Source: Thermoplasmata archaeon
GTDB lineage: Archaea; Thermoplasmatota; Thermoplasmata; Lutacidiplasmatales; UBA184
DNA: 53,127 nucleotides
Direction: 5' to 3'
NCBI GenBank assembly: GCA_041476045.1
Contig: JBGOSQ010000003.1
Location: 1 to 53,127 of the forward strand
The notes beneath the pieces are model-generated. The model had not been told where the DNA came from. It worked only from the letters and a program-made list of their open reading frames with translations, and made no database searches. The stretch's first letter is position 1; each line of letters starts with the position of its first letter. Positions 20,244 through 29,927 of this stretch are shown one piece after another. Position numbers and translations under genes: made by a program.

Positions 20244-21065
20244 ATGGCGCGTCCCCGTATCGTCACGCTGACGACGGACCTGGGGAACGCCTACGCGGCG
20301 CAGATGAAGGCCGTCCTCTACCGGGATCTCCCGCCCGGCCACGTCGTGGACATCGCACACGATCTCGTCGCCCACGGTATCGAGGAGGCCGCCTTCCTAC
20401 TCCAGCACATCGGCCCGATGTTCCCTGCGGGGACCGTACATGTGGCCGTGGTCGATCCGGGGGTCGGAGGGACACGCGCCCCGATCGCCGTGCGCTGCGC
20501 GGACGGCACGTTCCTCGTCGGACCCGACAACGGGGTTCTCTACCCGCTCGCGGCCCGCCTGAGGCCGGTCACCGTGATTCGGCTCGAACCCGCTCGGGTG
20601 AATCCCGGTCACGCCGTGAGCGCGACGTTCGAGGGACGCGACGTCTTCGCGCCGTCGGCAGCCCGCCTCGCGACGGGAACGCGCGTCACTGCGCTCGGCA
20701 CCCCACACCGGCTCGCTTGCCACCCACTTCCCACCCCCGTCCGAAGTCGAGGCTGGGTCACCGGACGCATCCTGCACGTCGATCGGTTCGGGAACGCGAT
20801 CACCAACGTGCCGACGACCTGGTTTCCCGGAGCGACGGGAATGGTCGCGGTCCGGGTCGGGGGGCGCACGAGGAGCCTGCCGCGCCGTCGAACGTACAGC
20901 GAACTCCCGCGACGCGGGATCGGCGTCCTCGGTTCGAGCTTTGGAACCCTCGAGGTCAGCGCGCGAGAATCGCGCGCCGTGGACCGTCTTGGGCTCTCGG
21001 TCGGGCGTTCCATCGCGCTGCGCTCGCTCGCCCCCCGGGCAGACGGTAAATATCGCCGACCGTAG
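20244..21065 (+). CDS. SAM hydroxide adenosyltransferase (DUF62, chlorinase/fluorinase family)
   Basis: LTTDLG, VVDPGVGGTR, GPDNG, TFEGRDVFAP, VDRFGN. Confidence 0.93.
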   Translation: MARPRIVTLTTDLGNAYAAQMKAVLYRDLPPGHVVDIAHDLVAHGIEEAAFLLQHIGPMFPAGTVHVAVVDPGVGGTRAPIAVRCADGTFLVGPDNGVLYPLAARLRPVTVIRLEPARVNPGHAVSATFEGRDVFAPSAARLATGTRVTALGTPHRLACHPLPTPVRSRGWVTGRILHVDRFGNAITNVPTTWFPGATGMVAVRVGGRTRSLPRRRTYSELPRRGIGVLGSSFGTLEVSARESRAVDRLGLSVGRSIALRSLAPRADGKYRRP

Positions 21066-21107
21066 GTACCGGTCCCTCGACCGACGGGTATCCCGGGCGA
21101 CCGCACG

Positions 21108-22259
21108 ATGGCAAAGCGCGACTACTACGAGGTTCTCGGACTTCCGCGCGCCGCGTCTTCGGACGACGTGAAGTCCGCTTACCGGCGCTTGGCCCGGCAG
21201 TACCATCCCGACGTCAACAAGGGCGACACGAAGGGCGAGGAGAGGTTCAAGGAGGTCTCGGAGGCCTACGAGGTCCTCGCCGACGCGGAGAAACGCAAGC
21301 GCTACGACCAGATGGGGTTCGCCGGCGTCGAGACGGACTTTGGCCCCCAGGGGTTCACGTGGCAGAACTTCACGCACGTGGGCGATCTCCAGGACCTCTT
21401 CGGCGGCTCCGACTTCTTCCAGCAGCTCTTCGAGCAGGGATTCCTGCAGAGCGGATTCGGCGGCACCCGGGGTCGGAGCGCCGGCCGGGGAAGCGACGTC
21501 GAGGTACCGGTGCGGCTCCCGTTCGCCGCGGCCGTCACGGGCGCCGAGCCGACGCTCGAGGTCCCCCACCACGGTGGCTGCGACGACTGCAAGGGGACCG
21601 GCGCGCGCGACGGCACGGCCCTCGAGACGTGCCCGGAATGCGAGGGACGCGGCCAGGTGCGACGGAGCCAGAGCCGCGGCTTCAGCCAGCTCATCACGAT
21701 CTCCGACTGCCCGATGTGCCGGGGATCGGGGAAGCGGATCAAGGAGGCGTGCGCGACGTGCCACGGGACGGGTACGGTCCGTAGGACCAAGCGCATCCAG
21801 GTCACGATTCCCCCGGGCGTCGAGGACGGCTCGGTGCTTCGCGTCCCGCGCCAAGGACTGCCGTCGAACGCGGGCGGTCCTGCGGGCGACCTGTTCGTCC
21901 AGGTGAGCTTCGAGTCGGACGGAATGATCCGGCGCGAGGGCACCGAAGGGTTCGCGGACGTCGAGGTCCCGCTCGTGGACGCGCTCTTCGGCGGAGAGGT
22001 CCGCGTCGCGACGATCACCGGCGAGGCCCTCCTCAAGATCCCGGCGGGCACGCAGCCCGAGGCGCAGTTCCGGCTCCGCGGCGAGGGATTCCCTCGGCTT
22101 CGCGGCCACGACCGGGGCGACCTGATCGTCACGGCCCACATCGCCCTCCCGCGGAGCCTCACGTCCCGCCAGAAGGAGCTCCTCCGGGAAGCGCTCGGTG
22201 CGCCATCGGCCCCCGCGCGGAACGCCCGGCGCCCGGGGATCTTCGGCCGCCGGAGCTGA
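21108..22259 (+). CDS. dnaJ: Chaperone DnaJ
   Basis: J domain with HPD, four CxxCxGxG repeats, C-terminal domain. Confidence 0.97.
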   Translation: MAKRDYYEVLGLPRAASSDDVKSAYRRLARQYHPDVNKGDTKGEERFKEVSEAYEVLADAEKRKRYDQMGFAGVETDFGPQGFTWQNFTHVGDLQDLFGGSDFFQQLFEQGFLQSGFGGTRGRSAGRGSDVEVPVRLPFAAAVTGAEPTLEVPHHGGCDDCKGTGARDGTALETCPECEGRGQVRRSQSRGFSQLITISDCPMCRGSGKRIKEACATCHGTGTVRRTKRIQVTIPPGVEDGSVLRVPRQGLPSNAGGPAGDLFVQVSFESDGMIRREGTEGFADVEVPLVDALFGGEVRVATITGEALLKIPAGTQPEAQFRLRGEGFPRLRGHDRGDLIVTAHIALPRSLTSRQKELLREALGAPSAPARNARRPGIFGRRS

Positions 22260-22263
22260 TCGA

Positions 22264-22911
22264 GTGCCCGACGACGACGTGCCGATCGAGGGCGGAGACC
22301 ACTACTTCTCGGAACGACCGCGCTCGGCCTCGAAGCCCCGCGAGCTCCGATTCCTCTACCGGGGCTCCGTCCTCTTCTTCCTCGTCGACCAGGGCATCTT
22401 TGCCTCGCACGGACTCGATCCGGGGACAGCGCTACTCATCGAGTCGATGGCCCCGGGTCCGAAGGACCGCGTGCTCGATCTTGGGTGCGGCTGGGGGGCG
22501 ATCGGCGTCGCGGCGGCCAAGGCCTCGCCCGAAGGGCACGTCGTGCTGACCGATGTCAATCGGCGGGCCGTGCACCTGGCCCGACGCAATCTCCACCGCA
22601 ACGGCGTCGGCAACGCGGAGGTGCGCGCGGGCCCGATGTTCGAGCCCGTGGCGGAGGAGCGATTCGATCTCATCGCCACGAACCCCCCGTACCACGTCGG
22701 GCGCCCGGCGATCCTCCGATTGCTCGAGGAGGCCCCCGCCCACCTGACGGCGACGGGGACCCTGCTCGTCGTCGGAAAGGGCAGCCAGGGGATCCGGTTC
22801 TACCAGGCGTGGCTCGAGGAGCATTGGTCCGGAACGGTGGAGGTCCTCGCGCGGGGAAGCGGCTACCGCGTGCTGGCCGCGGTCCGGGACCCGAACATCC
22901 GGAAAGCGTAG
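22264..22911 (+). CDS. RsmC-like small-domain methyltransferase
   Basis: HYFS, LDPGTALL, LDLGCGWG, TNPP; probable GTG 22264. Confidence 0.88.
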   Translation: MPDDDVPIEGGDHYFSERPRSASKPRELRFLYRGSVLFFLVDQGIFASHGLDPGTALLIESMAPGPKDRVLDLGCGWGAIGVAAAKASPEGHVVLTDVNRRAVHLARRNLHRNGVGNAEVRAGPMFEPVAEERFDLIATNPPYHVGRPAILRLLEEAPAHLTATGTLLVVGKGSQGIRFYQAWLEEHWSGTVEVLARGSGYRVLAAVRDPNIRKA

Positions 22912-23585
22912 AGACGCCCCAGATGTCTCAGGTACTCGCCGACCTGCTCGCCCCCGAGCTTGCTCTCGCCCGCGAGGCGGGGCGCGAAGACGTACGGCAC
23001 CTCGAGCGACGGGCGCGGTCGGCACCGGACGAGGATCTCGAGCGCGATCTTGTAGCCGACCGGTGAGAGGCTCGCGCCCGCGAGGATCGAGCGATCGAAG
23101 GCGAAGAAGCCGCTCATGGGGTCGGTGACCCGTGTCAGCGGGCGGGCGAGGATCTGCGCCCCGCGCGAAATGACCCGACGGCTCCCGCTCAATCCGTCCG
23201 ACCGGGCGCCGGGAAGGTGCCGGCTCGCGAGCACGAACCGGGCACGGCCGGAGAGGATCGGCGCGACGAGCGACGGGATCGCCTCCGGGGGATGGCTCCC
23301 GTCCGCATCCATGACGGCGATCACGTCGGTCCGAGCGTGAGCGATCCCCTCGATCACCGCCGAGGCGAGGCCCATCCGCGTGGCCCTTCGAAGGACGCGG
23401 TACGGGCCGGTCCGACCGAGCTCCTCGATGACCGCCGCGGTGCCGTCGGGCGAGCTGTCGTCGACGACCAGCACCTCGCCGGGAGGATCGACGAGGACCC
23501 GCCGAATGCGGGCGTCCAACGCCTCGAGCGACGCGCGTTCGTTGTACGTCGGCAGGACGACCGAGAACGCCGCAGGTCCCGCCAC
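22863..23585 (-). CDS. GT2 polyprenol-phosphate mannose synthase-like glycosyltransferase (start approximate)
   Basis: VVLPTYNE, VVDDSSPDGT, VMDADGSHPP, DPMSGFF, GESKL. Confidence 0.9.
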   Translation of the reverse strand: MAGPAAFSVVLPTYNERASLEALDARIRRVLVDPPGEVLVVDDSSPDGTAAVIEELGRTGPYRVLRRATRMGLASAVIEGIAHARTDVIAVMDADGSHPPEAIPSLVAPILSGRARFVLASRHLPGARSDGLSGSRRVISRGAQILARPLTRVTDPMSGFFAFDRSILAGASLSPVGYKIALEILVRCRPRPSLEVPYVFAPRLAGESKLGGEQVGEYLRHLGRLYAFRMFGSRTAASTR

Positions 23586-23750
23586 AGCAGGGCCAGCGCC
23601 GCCGGGATAATGGGTCTGCGCCCCCGAGGGTACACCGCGCACCGAAGCGCTTAAAAGCCGCAGCCATCTCGGCGCGCCCACTCCGGTCTTCCGGGGCCGT
23701 CGGCCCTCCCGCGGGTCGTCTTCCCCCCGACCGGTACCATCCGAAGGAGA

Positions 23751-24566
23751 GTGAGGATCGCGCCCAAGAACCCCAAGGAGGCCGAGGAGAAGCCCCCAGC
23801 GGGCGCTCCAGCGGCCCCCGAGCAGCCCGAGAAGACCCCGTCCAAGAAGGACAAGGGGGGCAAGGGCAAGGACGGAAAGGAAGGCAAGGAGGGGAAGGAG
23901 GGCAAGGGAAAGACCGGAAAGCCCGGCGGTCCCGGCTCTCCGTCGAAGGCCAAACCGATCCCCGACAACCCCAACTTCCGCTACATCGTTCGTGTCGCCG
24001 GCGCCGATCTGGACGGCCGCCGCCCGACCGCCCTCGCGCTCACCGGCGTGCGCGGCGTCGGACTCCGCATCGCCGAGGTGGCGTGCCGGATCGCCGAGGT
24101 GAACGCGGCCGAGATGATCGGCAACATCCCGGAAACGACCGTCGATCAGCTCGAGACGGTGCTGACGACGCTTCCCGACCGCCTTCCGACCTGGATGCTC
24201 AACCACCCGTCCGACTACGCCACCGGCACTGCCCACCACCTCCTCGCGGGCGACCTCGAAACGGCCCGGCGCGACGATGTGAATCAGATGAAGATGATCC
24301 GTTCCTACCGCGGCGTGCGCCACGAGCGCGGCCAGAAGGTCCGGGGCCAACGGACGCGTTCCAACGGACGCACCGGCATGGCCGCGGGAGTGCTCAAGAA
24401 GGCCGCGAAGGAAGCGGCGTCCGCGAAGGGCAAAGAAGGCGCCGGACCAGCCGCGGCCCCCGCGGCGGCGACCGCCGCCACCCCGGCCGCCCCCGCGGCC
24501 GCGGCAGCCCCCGCCAAGGGCGGGGCCGCCAAGACGACCGCTCCCGCCAAGGAGAAGAAGGCGTAG
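23751..24566 (+). CDS. rps13: 30S ribosomal protein uS13 with long low-complexity extensions
   Basis: FRYIVRVAGADLDG, LTGVRGVG, SYRGVRHERGQKVRGQRTRSNGR. Confidence 0.96.
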   Translation: MRIAPKNPKEAEEKPPAGAPAAPEQPEKTPSKKDKGGKGKDGKEGKEGKEGKGKTGKPGGPGSPSKAKPIPDNPNFRYIVRVAGADLDGRRPTALALTGVRGVGLRIAEVACRIAEVNAAEMIGNIPETTVDQLETVLTTLPDRLPTWMLNHPSDYATGTAHHLLAGDLETARRDDVNQMKMIRSYRGVRHERGQKVRGQRTRSNGRTGMAAGVLKKAAKEAASAKGKEGAGPAAAPAAATAATPAAPAAAAAPAKGGAAKTTAPAKEKKA

Positions 24567-24571
24567 GCACG

Positions 24572-25162
24572 ATGGGCGATCCGAAATTCCTCCGCCGCAC
24601 GTACGACACTCCCAAGCACCCGTGGGAGGCCGGCCGGATGGAGGAGGAGCGCAAGCTGCTCGTCAAGTACGGCCTCAAGAACAAGCGGGAGCTGTGGAAG
24701 GCCCAGTCGATCCTCCGGGGTTTCCGGGGCCAGGCGCGGGAGCTCGCGGCCCGCCTCCGTGCGGGCGAACACCAGGCGCAGCTCGAGACCGACGGCCTCT
24801 TGGGCCGCCTGACCCGCCTCGGCGTCCTCCCCGTCGGCACCCCCACGATCGACGACGTGCTCGCCCTGCGCGTCGAGCAGATCCTGGAGCGGCGGTTCGA
24901 ATGGATCGCCGTTCAACGGGGACTCGGGCTCACGCCGAAGGGCGCGCGCCAGCTGATCGTCCACGGCCACCTGGCCATCGGCGACCACCGGGTGACGCGT
25001 CCCGGGTACTTCGTGCCCGCGACCGAGGAGGGACAGATCGCCTATTCCTCGGGGAGCGGCCTCAACGACGAGGCGCACCCGATCCGCGCCGCGATCCGCG
25101 AGCGCGCGCAGGCCCGCGAGAGCGCCCCGGCGCCGGGCCCGTCTCCTGAAGGGGGTGCGTAA
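24572..25162 (+). CDS. rps4: 30S ribosomal protein uS4
   Basis: [36 protein letters not shown]. Confidence 0.97.
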   Translation: MGDPKFLRRTYDTPKHPWEAGRMEEERKLLVKYGLKNKRELWKAQSILRGFRGQARELAARLRAGEHQAQLETDGLLGRLTRLGVLPVGTPTIDDVLALRVEQILERRFEWIAVQRGLGLTPKGARQLIVHGHLAIGDHRVTRPGYFVPATEEGQIAYSSGSGLNDEAHPIRAAIRERAQARESAPAPGPSPEGGA

Positions 25163-25164
25163 CG

Positions 25165-25548
25165 ATGGCGAAGATCGGCATCGCGCACATCTTCGCGAGC
25201 TACAACAACATCCACATCACGGTCACCGACATCACAGGCGCGGAGACCCTCACGAAAGCCACCGGCGGCATGGTCGTCAAGGCCGCGCGCGACGAGTCGA
25301 GCCCGTACGCCGCGATGAAGGCCGCCGATCAGGTCGCCGCGGTCCTCAAGGAGAAGGGCTTCGACACGCTCCACGTGCAGGTCCGCGCGCCGGGCGGCAA
25401 CCGCGCCCGCTCCCCCGGTCCGGGGGCGCAGGCCGCGATCCGCGCGCTCTCGCGTGCCGGGATGCGGATCAGCCGCATCGAGGACGTCACGCCGATCCCC
25501 CACGACGGGACCAAGGCGAAGGGAGGCCGGCGCGGCCGCCGGGTGTAA
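25165..25548 (+). CDS. rps11: 30S ribosomal protein uS11
   Basis: [29 protein letters not shown]. Confidence 0.98.
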   Translation: MAKIGIAHIFASYNNIHITVTDITGAETLTKATGGMVVKAARDESSPYAAMKAADQVAAVLKEKGFDTLHVQVRAPGGNRARSPGPGAQAAIRALSRAGMRISRIEDVTPIPHDGTKAKGGRRGRRV

Positions 25549-25549
25549 C

Positions 25550-26395
25550 ATGGACGTCGCGATCCAGGAGCTCAAGCCGCGTGCGATGCGGCTCGACCTC
25601 ACGAAGACGACCGCCGCGCAGGTGAACGCGATCCGTCGCACGCTCCTTTCCGATCTCCCGAAGCTCGCGATCGAGGACGTCGAGTTCCACCTGGGACCGA
25701 TCCGCGACGAGACCACCAACAAGGACTACGACTCCTCGACGAGCATGTTCGACGAGGGCGTCGCCCTCCGGATGGGGCTCCTTCCGATCCCGACGGACTT
25801 GGGCCAGTTCCGGCGGAAGTCGGAGTGCACGTGCAACGGGGCGGGCTGCCCCCACTGCCAGGTGATGTTCTCCGTCGACAAGAAGGGACCCTCGACCGTC
25901 TACTCGAAGGACCTCGTTCCCCTGGGCGACGCGTCGCTCGCGATCGTCGAGCCCGAGATCCCGATCGTTCGGTTGGGCGCGCGCCAGGCGCTGCTCGCCT
26001 ACGCGACCGCCGTCGTCGGGTCGGCGAAGGAGCACGCGAAGTGGCAGGTGGCGTTCGCCGTCGGGCAGTCGCCCCGACCTCACGTCAAGATCCAGCGCCA
26101 CTCCGGCTGCACCGACGCGTGCTTGAAGCGCGTGGCCGGCTCGTGCCCGGTGAACATCCTCGACTTCTCCTCCGGTAAGCTCTCGGTCACCGACGAGACG
26201 AAGTGCATTCTCTGCTGGGCCTGCGAGAAGACCTGCGAGCACGGCTCCGTGCGCGTCGAGCCGGACGATGAGGAGTATTTCCTCCGGTTCGAGACGGACG
26301 GTTCGCTGACGTCGCGCGAGGCGCTCCGCTACGCGCTCAAGGATCTCAAGCGGCGCTTCGAGGACCTCCGCGAGGCGGTCCAGGGCATCCCGTAA
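25550..26395 (+). CDS. rpoD: RNA polymerase subunit D (Rpo3) with Fe-S insert
   Basis: NAIRRTLL, LRMGLLPIPTD, EHAKWQ, CILCWACEKTC, FETDGSL; operon position. Confidence 0.96.
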   Translation: MDVAIQELKPRAMRLDLTKTTAAQVNAIRRTLLSDLPKLAIEDVEFHLGPIRDETTNKDYDSSTSMFDEGVALRMGLLPIPTDLGQFRRKSECTCNGAGCPHCQVMFSVDKKGPSTVYSKDLVPLGDASLAIVEPEIPIVRLGARQALLAYATAVVGSAKEHAKWQVAFAVGQSPRPHVKIQRHSGCTDACLKRVAGSCPVNILDFSSGKLSVTDETKCILCWACEKTCEHGSVRVEPDDEEYFLRFETDGSLTSREALRYALKDLKRRFEDLREAVQGIP

Positions 26396-26401
26396 GCGCA
26401 C

Positions 26402-27487
26402 CTATCGGGTACCGCCGCGCACGCGCGGGTTCGTGGGGCTCGTCCAATCGAACCGCAGTAGCGCGCCGATCCGTCCGAGCGCCTCGAGCCGCTTCCCGCC
26501 GCTCCCGCCTCCGCGCACGATGAAGACCCGTGCGCGGGCCGAGCGCGCACGCTCGAGCATCGGCGCCACCGCCGGCTCGCGGAGCAGGTCCTCGAGCACG
26601 AGCAGGGTCTCGACCGCACCGCCGTCGATCGCCTCGCCGACCTCGCGGAGGCCGACCGCCGCGCGCTTCCCGCCCCCGAGGGCCGTAACGAGCTGCTCGA
26701 TGAGGTCGGCCTCCTCGGCCGCCACGCTCCCCTGGAGCGCCTCGGCCGCGCGGCCCGATCGCAGCAGCTCGTCGACGCCGATCCGGCCGGACTCCGAGCT
26801 CGCGTAGACGCGGAGCTTCTTCTTGAGCTCCGGGGCACGTTCCAGGAGACGCTTCGCCACTTCCTCCTTGAGGAACCCAGGCCCGGCGACCACCAGGCTC
26901 GCCGCGGCGTCCGCCTCCTTTCGGAGGAGCTCCACGAGCTCCTCCACGTACAACGTTCGGTCCCGCTCGGGCTGGGTTCCGGCGTACCGTTTCCCGGCGA
27001 GGGTCCGATTGAGGTCCACGACCGGCGTGATCGTCCGGCCCTGCAGTCGGACGATCGCCGACTGACCCCAGTCGACCGCGGCGAGGACGAGAAGCGGTTC
27101 CCCGCGCGAGTGGAGTCCCTCCTCGAGGAGGGTCCGGTCGACGGAGGAGAGGGATTCCTTCTGGATCGACACCTCCTCGCCCTCGACTAGATCGAGGGTG
27201 TGGTGACGACCGACGTCGAACGGTCCCTCGACGATCGGGCCGGTGACGCGCACGTGCCGGGAGAACTCGTGGAACTCGATCTGCTCGGAGCGGACGACCA
27301 GCCAGACCCGCCGACGTTCCCGATGGGCGGCGGGAGCGTCCTCCGGGGCTTCCGGGTCGCGCCGCGTCGTCGACGCGCCGACCCGCTCGCCCGGCTGGAT
27401 GAGCCGGGCGATCCGCCAGAGGTCGCTCGCGGTCTCGATCCGCAGCTTGAGCAGCCCCGTCGAGGTGTCCTGGTGGATGAGTCGCAC
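26402..27487 (-). CDS. pelA: mRNA surveillance protein pelota
   Basis: DLWRI, EFHEF, GRHHTL, GAVETLLV, IGALLRF. Confidence 0.92.
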   Translation of the reverse strand: MRLIHQDTSTGLLKLRIETASDLWRIARLIQPGERVGASTTRRDPEAPEDAPAAHRERRRVWLVVRSEQIEFHEFSRHVRVTGPIVEGPFDVGRHHTLDLVEGEEVSIQKESLSSVDRTLLEEGLHSRGEPLLVLAAVDWGQSAIVRLQGRTITPVVDLNRTLAGKRYAGTQPERDRTLYVEELVELLRKEADAAASLVVAGPGFLKEEVAKRLLERAPELKKKLRVYASSESGRIGVDELLRSGRAAEALQGSVAAEEADLIEQLVTALGGGKRAAVGLREVGEAIDGGAVETLLVLEDLLREPAVAPMLERARSARARVFIVRGGGSGGKRLEALGRIGALLRFDWTSPTNPRVRGGTR

Positions 27488-27633
27488 GGTCCCTCCCGGC
27501 GAGCTGTAGGGGAAGGTGGCCTACATAGTGCCTCGGTCGACAGCGAGGCGCGCCGGTCGCGCGGCGCGTCCGCTTCATTCTCCGTCGGGGAAGGCTTAAT
27601 GGCGGTGGCTCGCGTCGGTCGGCCGGAACACTC

Positions 27634-28980
27634 GTGAGCCGGTGGTCCTCGCTTCTGCACCAGCGATCGTTCGTGTATCTGCTCGTCTCGGGCGGGGCGT
27701 CGCTCGCGGCCCCGACGGGCTCCCTGATCGTCGTCAGCTGGGCGCTCGCCCACGCGTTCCCCGCGTCCCTGCCTCCCTCGTACCCGGCGGTGGCGCTCGC
27801 CCTGCTGGGTCTCTCGTCGACGATCCCGACGCTCGGCGCCGCCCTCGTTTCCGGCACGTTGGCAGATCGAGTCGACCGGCGGAAGCTGATGCGCGCGGTG
27901 AACCTGGTCGCCCTGCTGGCGACCGTGGCCGTGGCGGCGATCCTCGTCGCCCGCCCCGAGACCCACGTCCTCCTTCCCGGCGTGTCCGGCGTGTACCTGC
28001 CGCTCTGGGTGGTGCTCCTGTACCCATGCTGGGCGGTCGAGACCGCAGCGATCACGCTCTTCCGACCCGCGTTCAATGCCTCGGTCCCCCGGTTGGTCGC
28101 CCGCTCTGAACTGGGAACGGCGAACGGTCTCGTGTACGCCGTAGCGCTCCTGCTCTCGATCGTGGCGAGTCTCGCCGCTTCTGGCCTGGCGTCGTTCGTC
28201 TCCTGGGGGTACGCGCTCGTGATTCCCGTTGGCCTGTTCCTCGTAACGCAGCTGACCCTGCAGCTCCTCGACGCGGACCTCGCACCCCGGCGAGAGGGCC
28301 CGCCCCGGAAGTTCCTCCAGGACGCGTCCGATGGGTACCGATATCTGTGGCAGCGTCGGGATCTGTTCGAGCTGACGATCGCGGCCCTCGCGGTGAACTT
28401 CTTCTCGGCCGTAGCGTTCGTCGAGCTCGGCCTCTACGCCACCTTCTGGCTCGACGTATCGGACGCCGTCCTCTTGGGCGCCCTGGTGGCGGCCGGCAGC
28501 CTCGGCGCGGCCGTCGGCGGACTACTGGTCAATCGCCTTCACTTCGAGCCACGGGCCGGTCGATTGCTCGTCCTCTTCACCCTGGGCCAGGGCGCGGCCG
28601 TCCTCGCGCTCGGGTTCGTCCGTTCGATCTGGCTCGCGCTACCGGACATGTTCCTGTTCGGCCTCTTCCCGGGGATGTTCACGACGGTCTTTCTCGCGAC
28701 GGTCCAGGCGACGGTGCCCGACGAGAAGCTCGGCCGCGTCCTCGCCGCGGACGAGGTGGGAAGTTACGCGCTCGTCCCCTTCGGCCAGTACGCGGGTGGC
28801 CTCCTCACCGTCGCCTCCTCGATCCAGGCAACGTACATCTCGGCCGGCGTCGGCACGGTCGGCGTCGGGGGCCTCATGGGCGCGATGCGGGACATCCGGC
28901 GGCTCCGTTTCTCGGCACGCCCGGAGCGCGGCGCCTCGGCCGAGGTCCCACCGCCCGCCCCCGAGCCGGCCGTTCCGTGA
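27634..28980 (+). CDS. MFS transporter (DHA3-like exporter)
   Basis: SGTLADRVDRRKLM, FRPAFNASVPRLV...LGTANG, QATVPDEKLGRV. Confidence 0.9.
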   Translation: MSRWSSLLHQRSFVYLLVSGGASLAAPTGSLIVVSWALAHAFPASLPPSYPAVALALLGLSSTIPTLGAALVSGTLADRVDRRKLMRAVNLVALLATVAVAAILVARPETHVLLPGVSGVYLPLWVVLLYPCWAVETAAITLFRPAFNASVPRLVARSELGTANGLVYAVALLLSIVASLAASGLASFVSWGYALVIPVGLFLVTQLTLQLLDADLAPRREGPPRKFLQDASDGYRYLWQRRDLFELTIAALAVNFFSAVAFVELGLYATFWLDVSDAVLLGALVAAGSLGAAVGGLLVNRLHFEPRAGRLLVLFTLGQGAAVLALGFVRSIWLALPDMFLFGLFPGMFTTVFLATVQATVPDEKLGRVLAADEVGSYALVPFGQYAGGLLTVASSIQATYISAGVGTVGVGGLMGAMRDIRRLRFSARPERGASAEVPPPAPEPAVP

Positions 28981-29066
28981 TCGTGCTCCCGTCGCGCCCG
29001 AACCTCGCCCGTCCGTCTGGCGGCAGTTCCCAACCGCTTCTGCGACGAGCGAGACGCGCGGAAAGA

Positions 29067-29074
29067 GTATTAAG
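29067..29074 (+). promoter_or_regulatory. BRE/TATA of the 29100 gene (probably leaderless)
   Basis: GGAAAGA-GTATTAAG about 26 nt upstream of ATG 29100. Confidence 0.65.
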
Positions 29075-29099
29075 TCGACAACACGAGTCGAGCGCGGAC

Positions 29100-29783
29100 A
29101 TGGGGGGTACAATCGCCGCTCCCCCGCCTGCCGAAGGCGGGGCCGTAGCGCAGCCGTTCACCGGTCGTATGGACGACCGGAAGTACCACCTACTTCTGCG
29201 CATCCACGAGAACGGAATGCGCGCAATGTTGGGGGTTACGAAGCATCCGGACTGGCGGAACAAGCCGCACGTCACGAGCTACTTCGACTGCATCATCGGC
29301 GCGCGCGTCGCCCGGATGGCGTACGACCGGTACCCCGACGCGCCCGAGCCGGTCCGCGCGTTCCTGCGCCTCCACCACATGCACGAGGTCTGCCACTGCA
29401 CGATGGAACGCAACCCCGTTCCGGCGAAGATCGCCGACCGTATCGCCGATTTCCTCATCGGCGTGATGAAGGAGCACGGGCTCGTGGCGTACCTCTCCTG
29501 CGCGCAGCTCACCGCCGAACGATCCGCGTTCGGGCTCGCCTTGTTCGGCCAGTTCCCCGACGATCCGCACACGACCACGAAGGGCGGCATCGACGAGTTC
29601 TACCACACGACCACTCCCCTGCTCCTGCTGGCGTACCTGAACCCCTCGGAGGAGGAACTCCTCCAGGCGATCCACGACCAGGAGGCGTTCCTCAAGCTCG
29701 TCAAGGTGCCGAGCGAGGGGCTCTACGCGCCTACCCTCGAGATGCGCTGCACCCTCGCGGGGCGCGAAGCCCACTTCGTCTAG
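29100..29783 (+). CDS. Hypothetical protein, putative ferritin-like di-iron four-helix bundle
   Basis: Typical codon bias, own promoter; D...HEVCH...E...DEFYH ligand pattern. Confidence 0.7.
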   Translation: MGGTIAAPPPAEGGAVAQPFTGRMDDRKYHLLLRIHENGMRAMLGVTKHPDWRNKPHVTSYFDCIIGARVARMAYDRYPDAPEPVRAFLRLHHMHEVCHCTMERNPVPAKIADRIADFLIGVMKEHGLVAYLSCAQLTAERSAFGLALFGQFPDDPHTTTKGGIDEFYHTTTPLLLLAYLNPSEEELLQAIHDQEAFLKLVKVPSEGLYAPTLEMRCTLAGREAHFV

Positions 29784-29927
29784 GGCGAACGCCGCCGCCG
29801 CGACGGATCGCCCCCGGGCGCGATCGCGGAGGAAGTACCGACGACGCGCCCGTGAATCGGATTCGACGGAACGATGGTATCCCCGGACCCCCTCTCCCGC
29901 GCGAGGGATCGAGCGAGGAGGAGAACC

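Noticed and set aside
20244-21065. Possible halogenase
   Set aside because: Sequence and housekeeping context fit the widespread DUF62 SAM hydrolase; no biosynthetic cluster nearby
22863-22911. 49-nt convergent overlap of the methyltransferase and glycosyltransferase genes
   Set aside because: Common in compact GC-rich genomes; no sign of function
23850-23915. Short tandem repeats GGCAAGGA(A/G/C)
   Set aside because: They encode GKD/GKE repeats in uS13; not CRISPR or a non-coding repeat
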